Assembly: GCF_001194135.2 (NCBI RefSeq)
Contig: NC_068988.1
Location: 42,139,644 to 42,203,643, forward strand
Origin: Octopus bimaculoides
Lineage: Eukaryota
Length of the DNA: 64,000 nt
Direction: 5' to 3'
Shown: positions 63,827-64,000 of the stretch, piece after piece
Position numbering within the stretch: position 1 is the stretch's first letter
Layout of the letters: the number at the start of each line of letters is the position of its first letter
Translations under genes and position numbers: made by a program
Notes under the pieces: generated by a model
What the model was told of the DNA's origin: nothing
Database searches by the model: none
Seen by the model: the letters and a program-made list of their open reading frames with translations, nothing else

Positions 63827-63972
63827 GACTGGCTTATTTCAGTTTCCATCTACCAAATCCACTCACAAGGCTTTGGTCGGCCTGAGGCTATAGTAGAAGA
63901 CACTGGCCAAAGATGCCATGCAGCGGGACTGAATCTGGAACCATGTGTTTGGAAGCAAGCTTCTTACCACTC
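63650..63972 (-). mobile_element. Family B SINE
   Basis: CCAAATCCACTCACAAGGCTTTGGTCGGCC.GAGGCTATAGTAGAAGACACT...AGCAAGCTTCTTACCAC. Confidence 0.85.
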
Positions 63973-64000
63973 GGCTCATCACATGTGCATTGAATTATAT

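Overview
AT-rich, microsatellite-dense, gapped eukaryotic scaffold with seven N-gaps. From recall of its SINE families it is most likely an octopus (coleoid cephalopod) genome; this is inference, not a search result. About 95% of the window is intergenic or intronic, and most ORFs in the supplied track are artefacts of microsatellites and N-runs. One credible host coding exon is present: 61256-61861 (+), with a strong Kozak ATG, an upstream in-frame stop and a GTAAGA donor. It encodes a Ser/Asn-rich N-terminus with an RFQV motif, tentatively from an SLC12/KCC-type cotransporter. The rest is layered transposon debris: at least four tRNA-derived SINE families, RTE LINEs, many R4/Dong-like RLE LINE fragments, a Tx1/L1-like APE fragment, Penelope-like (PLE) GIY-YIG remnants, mariner MITEs, a hAT MITE and a Chapaev3-like remnant. 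The most interesting signal is a recurring terminal module that directly follows a PLE-like ORF stop: tRNA-like Pol III head, then (AAT)n, then a minimal type I hammerhead ribozyme. It occurs in head-to-head pairs, and its (AAT)n tract is a landing site for a Dong-like LINE. Two other hammerhead-like variants are present, one with a compensatory U3-A8 core. Other notable features are a ~335-bp inverted repeat, a perfect 26-bp hairpin of pre-miRNA size, (CATA)n-tailed R4-like LINEs and a sharp CpG-depleted domain at ~46.7-60.3 kb. No rRNA, bona fide tRNA gene or CRISPR array was seen.
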